NCBI RefSeq assembly: GCF_039654945.1
Contig: NW_027361765.1
Location: 17,298,001-17,362,000, forward strand
Origin: Dendrobates tinctorius
Lineage: Eukaryota
Reading direction: 5' to 3'
DNA length: 64,000 nucleotides
Below the pieces are notes generated by a model. It did not search any database. It was given only the letters and a program-made list of their open reading frames with translations, and was not told the origin of the DNA. Both the position numbers and the translations under genes were made by a program. Shown here in pieces: positions 51,801 through 61,699 of the stretch (position 1 is the first letter of the stretch; the number at the start of each line of letters is the position of its first letter).

Positions 51801-54800
51801 TAAACGGATGGGATAAGGCCCCTAAGCTGGACGCGGCAGTAGCCAAAGCCTCCAAAAAATCTTCCATTCCCTTTGACGACATGGCCTCCTTAAAAGACCC
51901 GCTAGATAAGAAAGCAGACTCCTTTTTGAAGGGAACTTGGGAGATGTCAGCAGGTGCTCTAAGACCAGCGATAGCTGCCACATGTACGGCCAGATCCATG
52001 ATGGTCTGGCTAGACCAATTGGATTCCCAACTAAAGGACGGAGTCTCAAGAGCTTCTATCCGGAAAACGCTGCCAATCATCCAAAGTGCGGCAGCTTTTT
52101 TGGCTGATGCTTCAGCAGACTCTGCGAGGATGGCAGCCAGAACTGCGAGTTTATCTAACGCAGCTCGAAGGGCCCTTTGGTTAAATTGCTGGCCGGGAGA
52201 TATCCAGGCCAGATCACGACTCTGCTCCATTCCATGTGAGGGTGAATATCTGTTTGTCCCAGTCTTGGATGAACTCTTAGAGAAAGCCGGGGATGATAAA
52301 AAGAAGTTCCCCAGTCTACCGAATCCTTCTTACAGACGTCCCTTTACCAGGAAAGGCTATTTCCGTAGAAGGCCGTCCAGAGATCAGGGCAGATGGGAGG
52401 ACAAAAGAAGGAGAGGTACAGGCCCAGTGTTCCATCCTCAGGTGGCTGGCCTACATCTGACGGCGTGGAGTTTGAACGGACACTGCTGAGAGAAAAAGGC
52501 TTCTCCCCAGACCTGATTAACACCCTACTTAAAAGTAGAAAAGTCATCACTACCAAAATCTATGTCAGAATTTGGAATAAATTCCTGCACAACTCTGGAG
52601 TGGTCGCTGGCGCTTCAGCACCTGTAAACCAAATCTTAGAGTTTCTTCAGAAAGGTCTGGATATGGGGCTCTCCACTAGTACCCTTAAAGTACAAGTATC
52701 AGCCTTGGGGGCCCTCTTTAGCTGCAACATCGCGGGTAATTACTGGATCAGTAGATTCATTAAGGCAGCAGGTAGATTCAGGCCAATAGTGAAGGATAGA
52801 TTCATGCCATGGGACCTGAACCTAGTCCTCACGGCTATGACAGAAGCCCCATTCGAACCTATCTCATCAGCTTCCATAAAGAACCTGTCCCTCAAAGTAG
52901 CCTTCCTGGTAGCTCTAACCTCAGCTCGTAGGGTAAGCGACATCCAGGCATTATCTAGACGTCCTCCTTATATACAGATCAAGGACGATAGGGTAATACT
53001 CAGACCTGATTCGGCGTATTTACCTAAGGTAGTTTCCAGCTTTCATAGGACACAGGAGATAGTCCTTCCATCTTTCCTCCCTAATCCAGCTAATGAGAAG
53101 GAAGAGAAACTTCACACCTTGGATGTTAGGAAATGCCTCATAGAATATCTGGCAGTTACCGATCCCTGGAAAAAAGATAATGCCCTGTTTGTCTCCCATC
53201 AAGGCCCTAGGAAAGGTTGTAGAGCGTCAAAAAGTACACTAGCCAGGTGGGTTAGAGAAGCGATCTCAATAGCATACACCTCAAAAGGCAGGTCGCCACC
53301 CCGGAAGCTGAGGGCGCATTCCACCAGAGCCATGGCGACCTCGTGGGCCGAAAGATCAGAAGTGTCCATTGACCAGATATGTAAGGCGGCTACTTGGTCC
53401 TCTCCGAGCACCTTTTATAGTCATTATAGGCTAGACTTGGGTGCTTCCACAGACCTCTCTTTTGGTATAAGGGTACTGCAGGCTGTAGTCCCTCCCTAAA
53501 TAGTTTTACTCTCTGTAATTCTCTCAGGTGGTGCTGTGATGGACGACCGATAAAGTCTTAGTTACTCACCGGTTAACAGTGTTTTTCGGAGTCCATGACA
53601 GCACCCGTATATTCCCTCCCTTTAGTTTAAATTTGGGAGTGCACTTCTTCCTCTCGTATGTACACTGGTAAGGAATAGATGTGTAAAAGTACTGTATATA
53701 AATTTTGCTATTAACCATTGTGGTCCTCTTGTGCTCTGTAATCCAACTGATGCGTGGGAGAGGTGCCGCCCTTTTGTATCTGTAGGTTTCCTGTTCCTGA
53801 AGGGGCGGATCCCCTCTCTCAGGTGGTGCTGTCATGGACTCCGAAAAACACCGTTAACCGGTGAGTAACTAAGACTTTTTGCACATTCCGTGCGCTTTTG
53901 TGCGCACGCATTTTTTGACACAGGTTGGGCGCACAAAAAATGCAACAGGGTGCGTCCGGCGCGCCTAGGCGCACACTGGAAAAACGCATGCGCACAAAAA
54001 CGCTTACAAACGCTAGACCATGCGCACCCATGTTAAGCATAGGGGCGCATTGCACGTGTACGATGCGCTGCACTAAAAAACGCTAGTGTGAAACCAGCCT
54101 TAGATCATACAACCAGTGCCTGATACATGCTGCCCAAACTATGGACAAATTGTATCAGCTGACAGGTTCCCTTTAATGCTGAATTGCGGCTTCAGATTAA
54201 AAAAAATAGCTGAAAGCATGACTATCCAAGAGGTGACTGGACCAAGAGGAAGGTACTCGCTGGCTTCTCCCCATTATGTGTCTGTATGCGGAGAGACCTG
54301 CTAGTCTAGCTGAGTGGACGTCCCACGGTGCAGCCAGCAAGATTCAGGGAAAAGGTTCTCGATTTTTTTTTCTTTTTTCTTTTTACTAGAAAATAATCTT
54401 TTATATCAAATTTTAAGAGTGCAGCTTTATTTTGTTAAACACTATGGTATGCAGACATTGAAAATGTGATATAGGAATTGTATTACACCTATAGAAAATA
54501 AGTAAAAATGAAGGTACTTGGTGCATAAATTGGCCAATTCATGTGAGCCCAACAGCCAGCGAATAGGCAACCTTATCAGCTGGGACCCCAAACTTAGCAT
54601 GATGCCTCTCCCTGGCCAAAAGCCTACAATGACATGGGCAGGCAGGATCAAGCTCTGTTTAAACCTGCCATAGGATGATGGGTGGAGTGCTCAGTCAGAA
54701 GGCGTGTTACAAATGTCAAAATACTGACCTGACCGTCACTGCCAAACAAAGACAAATGTTCACATGTGCAAGCTACGAGAGCCACTCTATTACACATGTA

Positions 54801-56864
54801 TTGGCCAACTTATGCTCGAAGTACCTTAATTTTTACTTATTTTCTATAACATAATGTAATTCTCATTTCATGTATTTAATGTCTGCATCCTATAGCGTTT
54901 AACAGCGTGCAGAATTAATTTGTTAGTTACATATAGAATGGCTCTCTTGGTTTGCACCTGTTCACATTTGACTTTCTGTTTGGAATTGATGGTCAGTCTT
55001 TTGATATTATATAAAATTTTGTCATCACATGCACAGTAGTTTTCTCTACTTTACTGTTATCTCTCACTATGAAATCCCTAATTCCCTGTGTCCTCACTTA
55101 GGTGTGGTCCTCTTATTGACCTGTGTAGAGGTCCCCATGTGCGGCACACAGGGAAGATTAAAGCCTTAAAAATATACAAGGTAAATATTGGGGCTTGGTA
55201 TAGGTTTTTACATTGTATTTTCAGAATATATATATATATATACAGTCATATGTAAAAGTTTGGGCACCCCTATTAATGTTAACCTTTTTTCTTTATAACA
55301 ATTTTGGTTTTTGCAACAGCTATTTCAGTTTCATATATCTAATAACTGATGGACTCAGTTATATTTCTGGATTCAAATGAGGTTTATTGTACTAACAGAA
55401 AATGTGCAATCTGCATTTAAACAAAATTTGACCAGTGCAAAAGTATGGGCACCCTTATCATTTTCTTGATTTGAACACTCCTAACTACTTTTTACTGACT
55501 TCCTGAAGCACTAAATTGGTTTTGTAACCTCATTGAGCTTTGAACTTCATAGCCAGGTGTATCAAATCATGAGAAAAGGTATTTAAAGTGGCCACTTGCA
55601 AGTAGTTCTCCTATTTGATTCTCCTATGAAGAGTGGCATCATGGGCTCCTCAAAACAACTCTCAAATGATCTGAAAACAAAGATTATTCAACATAGCTTT
55701 TCAGGGGAAGGATACAAAAAGTTGTCTCAGAGATTTAACCTGTCAGTTTCCACTGTGAGGAACATAGTAAGGAAATGGAAGAACACCGGTACAGTTCTTG
55801 TTAAGCCCAGAAGTGGCAGGCCAAGAAAAATATCAGAAAGGCAGAGAAGAAGAATGGTGAGAACAGTCAAGGACAATCCACAGACCACCTCCAAAGACGT
55901 GCAGCATCATCTTGCTGCAGATGGTGTCACTGTGCATCGGTCAACAATACAGCGCACTTTGCACAAGGAGAAGCTGTATGGGAGAGTGATGAGAAAGAAG
56001 CCGTTTCTGCAAGCACGCCACAAACAGAGTCGCCTGAGGTATGCAAAAGCACATTTGGACAAGCCAGTTAGATTTTGGAAGAAGGTCCTGTGAACTGATG
56101 AAACAAAGATTGAGTTGTTTGGTCATACAAAAAGGCGTTATGCATGCGCTGTATTGTTGACCGATGCACAGTGACACCATCTGCAGCAAGATGATGCTGC
56201 AGGTCTTTGGAGGTGGTCTGTGGATTGTCCTTGACTGTTCTCACCATTCTTCTTCTCTGCCTTTCTGATATTTTTCTTGGCCTGCCACTTCTGGGCTTAA
56301 CAAGAACTGTACCTGTGTTCTTCCATTTCCTTACTATGTTCCTCACAGTGGAAACTGACAGGTTAAATCTCTGAGACAACTTTTTGTATCCTTCCCCTGA
56401 AAAGCTATGTTGAATAATCTTTGTTTTCAGATCATTTGAGAGTTGTTTTGAGGAGCCCATGATGCCACTCTTCATAGGAGAATCAAATAGGAGAACTACT
56501 TGCAAGTGGCCACCTTAAATACCTTTTCTCATGATTTGATACACCTGGCTATGAAGTTCAAAGCTCAATGAGGTTACAAAACCAATTTAGTGCTTCAGGA
56601 AGACAGTAAAAAGTAGTTAGGAGTGTTCAAATCAAGAAAATGATAAGGGTGCCCATACTTTTGCACCGGTCAAATTTTGTTTAAATGCAGATTGCACATT
56701 TTCTGTTAGTACAATAAACCTCATTTGAATCCAGAAATATAACTGAGTCCATCAGTTATTAGATATATGAAACTGAAATAGCTGTTGCAAAAACCAAAAT
56801 TGTTATAAAGAAAAAAGGTTAACATTAATAGGGGTGCCCAAACTTTTACATATGACTGTGTATG

Positions 56865-56929
<65 letters not shown>

Positions 56930-58989
56930 AAAATTTTCTTATATCAATCATATTTTTCTCTTGCCTTTCTGCTGCTTATAGTGTTATTGCTAATACCATT
57001 CATCTGCCTGATTAGTCTGGAATTGATGTAATCCCTCTCGCCCCCCCCTGCTGTGAGTCAACACGGACAGGAATAATGTGCTTTCTGATCTATGCCAGAA
57101 GCATCAGAAAACCCCGCTGTGTGGATGTGTCCATAGCCATAAAGGTGGTTATCCGGAGCCGTTAATGTCAGTGCCGATGACGAGATCGGCAGGTATCATA
57201 TACATGCCCTAAACGGCGGGTCCTAACGTCCTCAGCACTGCTCACTACCAATGTGGACGGCACTGGATAACCCCTTTAACTTTATAGTGACCTCTCTAGT
57301 GTCCATACATTGAAGTACTCCTGCATTGATCAGGTTGATTGATAAGAGCAGACTCTGATCTGAATATCTTCTCATATATTATGTGATTGTTTTTCATTCC
57401 CATCTTACTATAATCTTGTAGAATTCTTCTACGTATTGGGAAGGGAAAGCGGACATGGAAACATTGCAGAGAATATATGGGATTTCCTTTCCTGATAATA
57501 AGCTAATGAAGGAGTGGGAGAAATTCCAGGAAGAAGCGAAAAACCGAGATCATAGGAAGATTGGAAAGGTTTGTATCTCTCTCATTATGAAGTGGGAAGT
57601 CAGTGATCACCTTGTTAACGTGCTGGGTATTTGTAGCCTGTTCTATGAATTAGTCTGTAAATAAATGGTAAAATATATCAGATTTACTGCAAAAAAAAAA
57701 CCCCCGTATATAAAACTTACATGCACATTGAGCAGTTTCCTAATTTCTATCTATTACACAAATGTCTCCTGTTTTTGAGGGGGGCTATGTGAGTATTAGG
57801 TACAGCTTACAGGTACAATAACATTTCTTTTTATACATAGTAATACAGACCAAAAGATGCAGGTTTTTACATAAGCTGTTCCTGAAATGACCGTTGGTTA
57901 TTAAATCTTCTAATGCTTAATTTTCCTTTGCTTCCAGGACCAAGAGCTGTTCTTCTTCCATGAGCTGAGTCCGGGGAGCTGCTTCTTTTTACCTCGGGGG
58001 GCTTATATCTATAACACGCTGATTGACTTTATCAAGGTTAGAGCAGCATTTGGAGTTAGTGTAACTTTTATTTTCTGTAGCAAGAAGTATGAAGGATATA
58101 CGCACCTTTTGTATATGTGACATCTGATAAATGTGCAAAGATGTCGGTGATGGACGTACAAGGACTAAAACCCCACCTGTTGTAGTGATGGTCCTTCCTT
58201 TTGTATGTGGCACTGGCATCGGCAGAATTAAGAGATATGAAAATATTTCAAGCCAATTTCAAGCCAGCCATTGTGATTAGGAGGCAGGGGTCTGTGCTTA
58301 TTGATATGGTGCAGACTTATTTTTTTTTTTCAGATCAGACTATACCATGAATGAAGATTTCAGCCTAGTGTATTCAGAACACACTTTCACATAGTACTAA
58401 TACCTCCACAAATAAAGATTTGATCACGGCTCGCTCCAGTGTTTGCTGTGCAAGCCGGAGGTCACTTTTCAGTGCTAGTCTATGAGAGGCAGAACAAGGT
58501 TCTCATACACTTCCATTGAAAGCTTGTGAACATTACATCTGACTTCTGGTCAGTCAGAAGCTGCAGTCGTAGAATAGTGGTTCAGGACAGGAGGGATGCC
58601 GGGAAGGACTGAAGACTGCAATGGGTAAGTATAAGACCTTAGATTAGTAACACCATTCCAGCTCTGAAATATAAAAACCGCTGGAGTGGTGCTTTAAGTG
58701 AAGTACTAGTGAAATGTTCACATTACTTCTTCAGCTCTTAGCTTTCATGTCAGTAACAATTCTGTGCCATGATCTTTTCTGAGGACATGCCCATTAATGG
58801 CATAAATGGACTGCTGTTACAGGAGGAATACCAGTTGAGACATTTTACAGAAGTAGCAACACCTAACATCTACAATAGCAAGCTATGGGAAGCGTCTGGC
58901 CACTGGCAGCATTACAGTGAGAACATGTTCTCCTTTGAGGTTGAAAAAGAAATGTTTGCACTGAAACCTATGAACTGTCCTGGACATTG
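15795..58989 (+). CDS. tars3: Threonyl-tRNA synthetase, cytoplasmic-type, TARS3/TARSL2-like; multi-exon, incomplete at both ends of the window
   Basis: Exons 21819-22009, 22638-22761, 25791-25912, 26102-26219, 42926-42990, 55102-55180, 57422-57568, 57938-58036, 58823-58989 have AG/GT ends and compatible phases and join into one frame (TGS, editing domain, start of catalytic core). [41 protein letters not shown] and [12 protein letters not shown] match TARS3 rather than TARS1 as I recall the human sequences. The span includes three less certain upstream exons. Confidence 0.88.
17584..17668 (+). CDS. Candidate tars3 exon ([28 protein letters not shown]-)
   Basis: Strong pyrimidine tract tttcttcctttctag, G|gtaagt donor, 85 nt, phase 0/1, open frame; no homology recognised. 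Confidence 0.5.
18646..18692 (+). CDS. Candidate tars3 micro-exon ([16 protein letters not shown])
   Basis: ttctttgttgctcag acceptor, gtgagt donor, 47 nt, phase 1/0, complements the 17584 exon exactly. Confidence 0.55.
21046..21481. mobile_element. Unclassified insertion with a 10-bp TSD and an internal 41-bp inverted repeat (Penelope-like geometry)
   Basis: tgttaagacg at 21036-21045 and 21482-21491; 21126-21166 inverted at 21442-21482. Confidence 0.5.
21819..22009 (+). CDS. tars3: tars3 exon [12 protein letters not shown]...[23 protein letters not shown] (TGS start)
   Basis: tttag/gtaact, 191 nt, ThrRS homology. Confidence 0.93.
22638..22761 (+). CDS. tars3: tars3 exon [41 protein letters not shown]
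   Basis: tttcag/gtaagt, 124 nt, TGS motif. Confidence 0.95.
23704..24726 (+). pseudogene. Tc1 transposase (340 codons) with one premature stop at 24472-24474
   Basis: [25 protein letters not shown] in one frame; TGG>TGA relative to the sister copy. Confidence 0.95.
24781..25282. mobile_element. Harbinger-type fold-back MITE, near-perfect 502-bp palindrome
   Basis: GGCTGGTTTCACATT termini, symmetric to a ~10-nt loop near 25032, flanked TAA/TTA. Confidence 0.92.
25791..25912 (+). CDS. tars3: tars3 exon [12 protein letters not shown]...[17 protein letters not shown]
   Basis: ctgcag/gtaaat, 122 nt, HSSAH editing motif. Confidence 0.96.
26102..26219 (+). CDS. tars3: tars3 exon [39 protein letters not shown]
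   Basis: tatag/gtaaag, 118 nt. Confidence 0.95.
26959..27696. mobile_element. Solo LTR (738 bp)
   Basis: TG...CA ends, 6-bp TSD cctgcc, interrupts the L2 3' UTR. Confidence 0.75.
29170..29952 (+). pseudogene. hAT transposase C-terminal remnant with hATC dimerisation domain
   Basis: AAVYVDP and [17 protein letters not shown] motifs; stop and frameshift. Confidence 0.85.
30015..30221. other. N gap (207 nt)
   Basis: Run of n. Confidence 0.99.
32183..32430 (+). mobile_element. tRNA-derived SINE with L2-like tail (last bases at ~33710-33727)
   Basis: A box TGGCTCAGTGG, B box GGTTCCAATCC, central GCGTGGGTTTCCTCCGGG, tail AAAGCGCTGTGGAA..GGCGCTATATA. Confidence 0.9.
32431..33709. mobile_element. 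Tc1/mariner (pogo-like) non-autonomous element inserted in the SINE tail
   Basis: TA|CCGTATATACTCG ... CGAGTATATACGC|TA; internal inverted repeat ~32535-32970; ~60-bp tandem units 33040-33490. Confidence 0.82.
34572..34728 (+). mobile_element. Penelope-like pLTR fragment inserted in the piggyBac-like element
   Basis: Hammerhead motif followed by ATTAAA and a short tail, the usual pLTR order. Confidence 0.65.
34575..34613 (+). ncRNA. Minimal type I hammerhead ribozyme motif
   Basis: TGC-CTGATGA-A-GAGAC-ctgagta-GTCTC-GAAA-GC-TT-GCA: canonical core, 5-bp stem II, palindromic AAGCTT in place of stem III, 3-bp stem I. Confidence 0.78.
37109..37419. mobile_element. Harbinger-type MITE
   Basis: GGGTGTGTGCACACGCTGCGG / CCGCAGCGTGTGCACACACCC; TSD not clean. 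Confidence 0.75.
38271..41595 (-). mobile_element. CR1 LINE, 5'-truncated within the endonuclease, frameshifted ORF2
   Basis: [62 protein letters not shown]; (ATGTTACT)-like 3' tail. Confidence 0.93.
39905..40839. mobile_element. Harbinger-type non-autonomous element inserted in CR1
   Basis: TTA|GGCTAAGTGCACAC...GTGTGAACTCAGCC|TTA; homologous to 1279-2123. Confidence 0.9.
41609..42552. repeat. 65-bp minisatellite, ~14-15 units with short deletion variants
   Basis: Unit aatctgtgctgcactttatgtacatgctcagtagtgaccagtgctgtggagtcatagctgagatg. Confidence 0.95.
42638..42866. repeat. Imperfect inverted repeat (~85-bp arms), MITE-like
   Basis: gaatttaggtgcagatttaaaaa / tttttaaatctgcacctaaattc with matching outer segments. 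Confidence 0.75.
42926..42990 (+). CDS. tars3: tars3 exon [22 protein letters not shown]
   Basis: tttag/gtaggt, 65 nt. Confidence 0.95.
44361..46122 (+). mobile_element. DIRS1-like element, heavily deleted, with ITRs and ICR
   Basis: TTTCTCCTTCGCCTCATTGGGGGACACAGG left end, inverted right ITR plus extension, ICR ~45680-45790; pol C-terminal and YR remnants ([10 protein letters not shown]). Confidence 0.88.
46147..46392. repeat. 29-bp minisatellite, ~8.5 units
   Basis: ggccatgcagaccaggatggggatg(t/a)gga. Confidence 0.93.
46426..47201 (-). mobile_element. Degraded, internally deleted Tc1-like fragment
   Basis: Minus-strand [13 protein letters not shown]-like remnant near 46590-46630; GGGGTGCCCAGACTTTT terminus running into the gap. 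Confidence 0.6.
47202..47330. other. N gap (129 nt)
   Basis: Run of n. Confidence 0.99.
47331..48930 (-). mobile_element. Tc1-like transposon, near-identical to 23339-25447 but inverted; one tip lies in the gap
   Basis: Same TIR and transposase; ends CCCCACTG|TA. Confidence 0.96.
47541..48562 (-). pseudogene. Tc1 transposase with a 1-bp loss in a G run (~48310) and catalytic E>K ([10 protein letters not shown])
   Basis: ORFs 48302-48562 and 47541-48302 join if one base is restored. Confidence 0.92.
49040..49190 (+). mobile_element. L2/SINE 3' tail fragment
   Basis: TTGTAAGCTC...TGTAAAGTGCTGCCGAA...CGCTATATA...(ATT)n. Confidence 0.65.
50534..52489 (+). pseudogene. DIRS ORF1/gag-like (CxxC-x12-CxxC finger and LAP2alpha-like region), predicted spliced, with an internal duplication and one frameshift (~51466)
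   Basis: Blocks 50534-50728, 50785-50892, 50964-; [33 protein letters not shown] motifs in 51572-52489. Confidence 0.8.
52393..53499 (+). CDS. DIRS tyrosine recombinase, uninterrupted ORF (368 aa)
   Basis: [15 protein letters not shown] (R), HTLDV, AHSTR (HxxR), ATW, FYSHY (Y). Confidence 0.9.
   Translation: MGGQKKERYRPSVPSSGGWPTSDGVEFERTLLREKGFSPDLINTLLKSRKVITTKIYVRIWNKFLHNSGVVAGASAPVNQILEFLQKGLDMGLSTSTLKVQVSALGALFSCNIAGNYWISRFIKAAGRFRPIVKDRFMPWDLNLVLTAMTEAPFEPISSASIKNLSLKVAFLVALTSARRVSDIQALSRRPPYIQIKDDRVILRPDSAYLPKVVSSFHRTQEIVLPSFLPNPANEKEEKLHTLDVRKCLIEYLAVTDPWKKDNALFVSHQGPRKGCRASKSTLARWVREAISIAYTSKGRSPPRKLRAHSTRAMATSWAERSEVSIDQICKAATWSSPSTFYSHYRLDLGASTDLSFGIRVLQAVVPP
55102..55180 (+). 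CDS. tars3: tars3 exon [26 protein letters not shown]
   Basis: cttag/gtaaat, 79 nt, DLCRGPH motif. Confidence 0.96.
55641..56093 (+). pseudogene. Truncated Tc1 transposase, DNA-binding region only (MGSSKQLS...KKVL*)
   Basis: Paired-like HTH, GRPRK; TGA where VLWTDETK is expected. Confidence 0.88.
56068..56460 (-). pseudogene. Mirror copy of the truncated Tc1 DNA-binding region
   Basis: Same N-terminus as far as STIQR, then reads into the antisense spacer. Confidence 0.85.
56859..56923. repeat. (TA)n microsatellite
   Basis: Direct. Confidence 0.95.
57422..57568 (+). CDS. tars3: tars3 exon [24 protein letters not shown]...RDHRKIGK
   Basis: ttgtag/gtttgt, 147 nt. Confidence 0.96.
57938..58036 (+). 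CDS. tars3: tars3 exon [33 protein letters not shown]
   Basis: ttccag/gttaga, 99 nt. Confidence 0.96.
58823..58989 (+). CDS. tars3: tars3 exon [11 protein letters not shown]...[10 protein letters not shown](C)
   Basis: ttacag/gtgagt, 167 nt, SGHW and KPMNCP motifs. Confidence 0.96.
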
Positions 58990-60720
58990 GTGAGTTTTTA
59001 ATGTTCCTGTTCCTTTTATGTCAATACAAAATCAAAGTTTCCATTTGTCTGTTTAGATCACACAGTATTTACCTGTTTGTGTGTAGCACGCATGTAGATC
59101 TACATGTGAAGTGAATTGTGGCACAGGTCGAACAAGATACAGATAAATGGACACAACACATACTCTGTAACCACTATCGCTATGTATCCCCCCCTCTATG
59201 CCCAAAGTCGGGGCTGGGTACCATCTGCTAGCACACAGGAGCTGCCGCCTGCACAGCACACACGTTCGCGGGCGCTGCCGCCTGCACAGCACGCCCAACT
59301 CTTGCACTAGTACTTTACTGCTCTTCAGTCACACAGTCTGACAAACAGCACTGCTACACATACATTGACACTGGTCTGTGCTCAGTACACTATATCCTCC
59401 TCTCTAACCAGTACAGTGAGAGGAAATTCACCATTTACATCATGTGATCTTGTTACAATAGCAATTGCTGGCGGCTTACTGGAGTACTGGGTGCTACAGC
59501 TTTAGCCCATAAGTTCCAGAACAAAGGAAAATATTAACTGATAACAGTAGCATTCAATACATGCTAGTCCTTAACCATTCCCACTTGGTAGGACACGGAA
59601 CCACAGTCTGTGCGCATGTCCACCTGGGCCATGAGATTGTTCTTGGCATCTCCATAAATAAACCTTACCCCCATCCCCTTCCCAGGGACTAGCACGAGTG
59701 GAAGTGTTTCCCTTACCAGGGTCACCAAACTACTTGAGTCGTGAACTTCCATTACTAGGACACGGTTCAGTTAGCTGGTATATGTGAGGAACTGCACCGC
59801 CGGTGGGGTAAGCAAAGTAGGAGGAGTGTTGGCCAATGCTGCTGTCCCAATTGGTTCTGGGACTTAATTACACCATCTCTCTGTACCGATATGTTATATG
59901 AACCTCGCTGCCAGTGTTGCAGACCCCAATTTTTCTTCGCACAAATCTATTACAGGGACTGCTCTCCACACTCCTTCGAGCTGCACCAGCAGCTATGAAA
60001 CCGCAGCAATATCTCCTTCTGGCAGGACAGCTCCTCTATACTTTCAGAGAGTGTAATGCTGCTGCTGCCTGTAGCCTGGACATTCAGTCTTTACACTGCA
60101 ATCTCCTGTGCTCTCTGGAACTTTACACCCGCATTTCATTCACCAGTTGTAGGGATTTACTTTCTCACGTAGGAATTGGGTAGCGTTCACACAAGCAGTT
60201 CAGTTTGCTCCAAACTGGTGCAGTTTTATTGCTTTCATAAAACTCCCAAGAGATTCAAAACCAAAAATAGCCTTTTCTGGGCACAATGGTATCACAGCAA
60301 ATAACCAGTTAATTTACCAAGCACATACATCAGTGTGGGCTCACCCCAACAAACAGTCCTTTCTTCCAGAGCAAAATTTACATCCCACCAATCTCGTTCT
60401 CCTCTTCAGCCTGTGCCCCAGCGCCAAACCGCAGTATTCAACTTCAGGCACATTTCACTCTGAATAGGCAGCAACCTCCATACTGTTCCATGCAGCTCCA
60501 ACACACACACTGCTCAGCCTTCCCAGCTGACCTATGAAGTCCCCACCTAGAGAGAGACCCTGCGACATCTCGCTGAGCTACAGCTGACATTTTCGCTGGT
60601 AACTCATGAACAGCACACTTGATTCTGCTCCATCCAGCAGACTTCAATTAATATAGACTTGGCACACACCAAAAAGATTCTGATGCAGAAAGGTGGTTTT
60701 AATGGATTGCAGTACATACA

Positions 60721-60755
60721 TACAGACGTTTCGGTCTAGGACCTTCATCAATGTA
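60721..60755 (-). ncRNA. Minimal type I hammerhead motif (variant core UUGAUGA)
   Basis: TACA-TTGATGA-A-GGTC-cta-GACC-GAAA-CG-TC-TGTA. Confidence 0.68.
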
Positions 60756-61664
60756 CTGTGAAATATAAATAAAGATAACAAAAATAAAAATTGACAAAGA
60801 AAGTATATACAACAAATTACATGGGTTTTCAAAATGAAAAATGGATAACATGCTGAGACATCGTTCACATTATAGCACAGAATAAATGTTGGCACAGGGA
60901 ATAGCAAGCAATCATGAAGAACAAGATCAAGAGAAGGAGGCACATACCAATAAGTTGTACTGTGAGCTCTTAGTGACTGGGCTTTAAGGGAGACACCTAT
61001 GGGAAAATGAAGCTGCTATAATGGCTGCTATGGTGGCCAGAAGTAAAGAGTAAAGGGATACACAAGCTGCACCACATCCATTACATACCAACACTGCAAG
61101 GAGGCACCTGCGGCCGTCCCACTGTGGGAGGAGAGGAAATGCTAAATAACTTCATGACAAGAGGCATAAAGACTGTCAGGTTGTGCATAGAGAGATCATT
61201 GGATCTTACCGTGGTTCTATATAACAAGTGGACGCAGTATCCACCGCGAATCCAAGGGTGCTGTGATAAGAGAGAGTGACAGGGTTTTATAGTCCTGGGT
61301 GAGATGTAGCAGGTGCCTCCTTGCAGTGTTGGTATGTAATGGATGTGGTGCAGCTTGTGTATCCCTTTACTCTTTACTTCTGGCCACCATAGCAGCCATT
61401 ATAGCAGCTTCATTTTCCCATAGGTGTCTCCCTTAAAGCCCAGTCACGAAGAGCTCACAGTACAACTTATTGGTATGTGCCTCCTTCTCTTGATCTTGTT
61501 CTTCATGATTGCTTGCTATTCCCTGTGCCATCATTTATTCTGTGCTATAATGTGAACGATGTCTCAGCATGTTATCCATTTTTCATTTTGAAAACCCATG
61601 TAATTTGTTGTATATACTTTCTTTGTCAATTTTTATTTTTGTTATCTTTATTTATATTTCACAG

Positions 61665-61699
61665 TACATTGATGAAGGTCCTTGACCGAAACGTCTGTA
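61665..61699 (+). ncRNA. Minimal type I hammerhead motif (variant core UUGAUGA)
   Basis: TACA-TTGATGA-A-GGTC-ctt-GACC-GAAA-CG-TC-TGTA; GUC cleavage triplet. Confidence 0.68.

Larger units (their letters stand above)
49764..53878 (+). mobile_element. DIRS1-like tyrosine-recombinase retroelement lacking RT/RNase H (gag + YR only)
   Basis: ITRs ~49764-49870 and ~53745-53842, right extension, ICR ~53521-53607 complementary to both ends, TTT at both junctions. Confidence 0.93.
49551..54099. mobile_element. Harbinger-type MITE split by the DIRS insertion
   Basis: TTA|GGCTACTTTCACACTAGCG...CGCTAGTGTGAAACCAGCC|TTA. Confidence 0.88.
49249..54172. mobile_element. Kolobok/T2-type MITE hosting a Harbinger MITE and a DIRS
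   Basis: AGGAAACCTGTCAGCTGATACA / TGTATCAGCTGACAGGTTCCCT|TTAA. Confidence 0.78.
55243..56858. mobile_element. Tc1-derived fold-back element made of two inverted 5' halves
   Basis: TA|CAGTCATATGTAAAAGTTTGGGCACCCC at both ends; arms 55243-55956 and 56145-56858 (714 bp each), 188-bp spacer. Confidence 0.95.

Noticed and set aside
52393-53499. Phage/bacterial integrase or Crypton DNA transposon
   Set aside because: It lies between DIRS ITRs and ICR, downstream of a DIRS gag and a pol remnant.
21819-58989. TARS1 or mitochondrial TARS2
   Set aside because: Several diagnostic stretches match TARS3 as recalled. Some positions are TARS1-like (GKADM, CRGPH), so synteny or a tree should confirm.
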